In this document: positions 62,108 through 64,000 of the stretch, piece after piece
Layout: every line of letters begins with the position of its first letter
How positions within the stretch are numbered: position 1 is the stretch's first letter
NCBI GenBank assembly: GCA_030704615.1
Contig: CM060733.1
Coordinates: 20,584,001 to 20,648,000, forward strand
Reading direction: 5' to 3'
DNA: 64,000 nucleotides
Source: Takakia lepidozioides
Lineage: Eukaryota; Plantae; Bryophyta
Made by a program: the position numbers and the translations under genes
The notes under the pieces: generated by a model
The model's input: the letters and a program-made list of their open reading frames with translations, nothing else
Databases searched by the model: none
What the model was told of the DNA's origin: nothing

Positions 62108-64000
62108 TTTACAGCATCCGTGAAGCGTTTCTCAGACTTGTATGGACTAGGGCTCGCATTGCTCAGAACTACTAACTACGACTGTTGAGAACAATGTCCA
62201 TATAGATGGATATATTCATGTCTTATGAAAAGATGAACATTTATAGGCTCTCTTGTAGAGAGAGACTAGGCATAATGTTGAAGTCAACGGAGAGAGTGTG
62301 GTCAAAAGGACCTTACACAGTGTCAAACCTCCTTAAGCTGAGTCATGTTCCTCGGTTTTTGTTCTATGTATGTTTTTGCAAAAGCAAGAGAGCCAATTGC
62401 AATTTGAGGCTTGTTTCATTTTATATTAATTTAACCAGTGTAATGATGTGGCTCTTTTCTTTTAAGAAAATAAAATGTATGAGATAGAGCAAAATATATT
62501 GATGAGGGAAAAACAACCTCATATGACAGGCTATGGAGGCTAAGAAAGAAGACACTGCCGTGTAACGAGATATAACAGGAGAGGTCATTGGAAAAGATCT
62601 ATCAAAAAGATCCATCAAAAGACAGAAAATGTGGCTCGTGTTAATACAACAAGTAGATTTGGATTATGAATGTTGTTTATATGTTATCTTTTTTTATTGA
62701 TTGATTTAGATTTCAAATCGTTTGGATTTTGATAAGCTTTGTTGTTTTCTTTTTTTTCTTTTTTTTTTGGATAAAAAGGGGTTGTAGCCCTGATTATTTA
62801 ATTATATTTTTGGTTGGCCAAAAGGCCATTACAATTTATTTGGGATTATTCGGGGAAAAAAATTAAAACCCCTAATTTCGCCATAAGGCACACACACCGT
62901 GATTAGTGAAATTAGAACCCGTACCCTCATTGAGGAAAATTTGAGCCAAAGCGGCCCCGAACTTGGCCCCTCGAAGCGGGAAGTGTTAACCATGGTAACC
63001 AGAAACGAGAACCCTAGGATCTATGTTACAACCCCGGAGGAAGAAGCAGAAACCAGAAGTCCACATATGAATGCAGAGAGTAATGGCACCAGAGTGAGTT
63101 AGTGCACTTCCTAGGGATTTTGTTTTTTATTTAAGGCATACTTGTTCTGGCGTTCATCATTTATTTTGACTTTATTTAAATCATATTTTATTATCTGAAG
63201 TTAAACACATGCCCTAATTTTTTTTTGTTTATGGTGGACATTAGCATTTTGATACAATTGATAACGACCATATCTCCGAAGATACATTCTTGGAAAAAAA
63301 AATAGTTGTCTACATAAAGATAAAATAACATGCACGAAGCAAAGAAATCGGAGCAACCTATCATCAAGATCTGTACCATCCACAGCTTTATATTTTAAGG
63401 GGCCTTGAGAATATATCAAACCAGAAAGCAACCTCTCATAAGCATGCAAATATCAATATGAGAACCCCCAAACGAAGGAAAAAAACAGGAGGGAACAGTA
63501 AGCTTACATTAAAAGATAGTTGGATTGTTCTGCTTCTCCGAACTATAAAGGGCAGTAAGCCGACCTAGATTTCTTTGTTTAAACATTCAGATCAATAACT
63601 CCCTGATATTATCTCCCTCTGAAGTCTACCGGAAGGACTATTAAAGGACATTGAGAACATTGAGGATTATCTAGCTGGACGAAGGGCCACAGGTTTTGGG
63701 CGGCTAAACCTTAATATCTTTCTAGCCAATAATAGCAAATAGTTTTGCTTCATGAACATAATCATTTGATAGATTCAATTCATTTGTCGAAAGATCTATC
63801 GAGTAGACAACTTCCTCGAGATATGCTTTTATTCACCTTTGATGTAGAGTCATTGTACCTAGCATTCCTATTGGGGACGGGCTTCGACGATTGAAGGACA
63901 TGATTACTGGCAAGCTCAAATCTCTTTCTTTGTAGCTTAGAAAGAGAGTTGGCTTGCGCAGCAATCAGAGGTATTTGGCCTTTATACTACAAGAGATACA

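Noticed and set aside
62700-64000. AT-rich tail as a transposon end
   Set aside because: No TIR, LTR or coding motif could be supported within the window

Overview
Eukaryotic nuclear DNA from a land plant, probably a non-seed lineage. The lineage is inferred from an intron-rich ARP gene and a bacterial-type dioxygenase, and the species cannot be determined. Seven spliced protein-coding genes are well supported: mTERF5/MDA1 (+), an elongin-B-like ubiquitin-fold gene (-), an actinobacterial-type clavaminate-synthase/AsnO-like Fe(II)/2OG dioxygenase with a transit-peptide-like leader (-), a microspherule protein 1 (MCRS1)-like FHA gene (-), TOUGH (TGH) (-), a kinesin-light-chain-like TPR gene (+) and an ARP (AS1/RS2/PHAN) MYB gene (+). 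There is also tRNA-Ile(AAU) (-) and a tentative orphan gene. Three copies of one single-ORF LINE family (APE-RT-CCHC) sit antisense in MCRS1 introns. The family has a 3x47-aa N-terminal repeat, a hairpin-rich 5' leader and essentially no 3' UTR or poly(A). The most notable points are the probable horizontally acquired dioxygenase whose H-G-R active-site motif reads R-G-H, the unusual LINE architecture, a 211-bp tandem duplication creating a competing poison splice acceptor in TGH, and a strong-Kozak basic uORF in the CpG-rich ARP leader. Exon boundaries were read by eye from GT/GC-AG signals and recalled homology; no searches were run.
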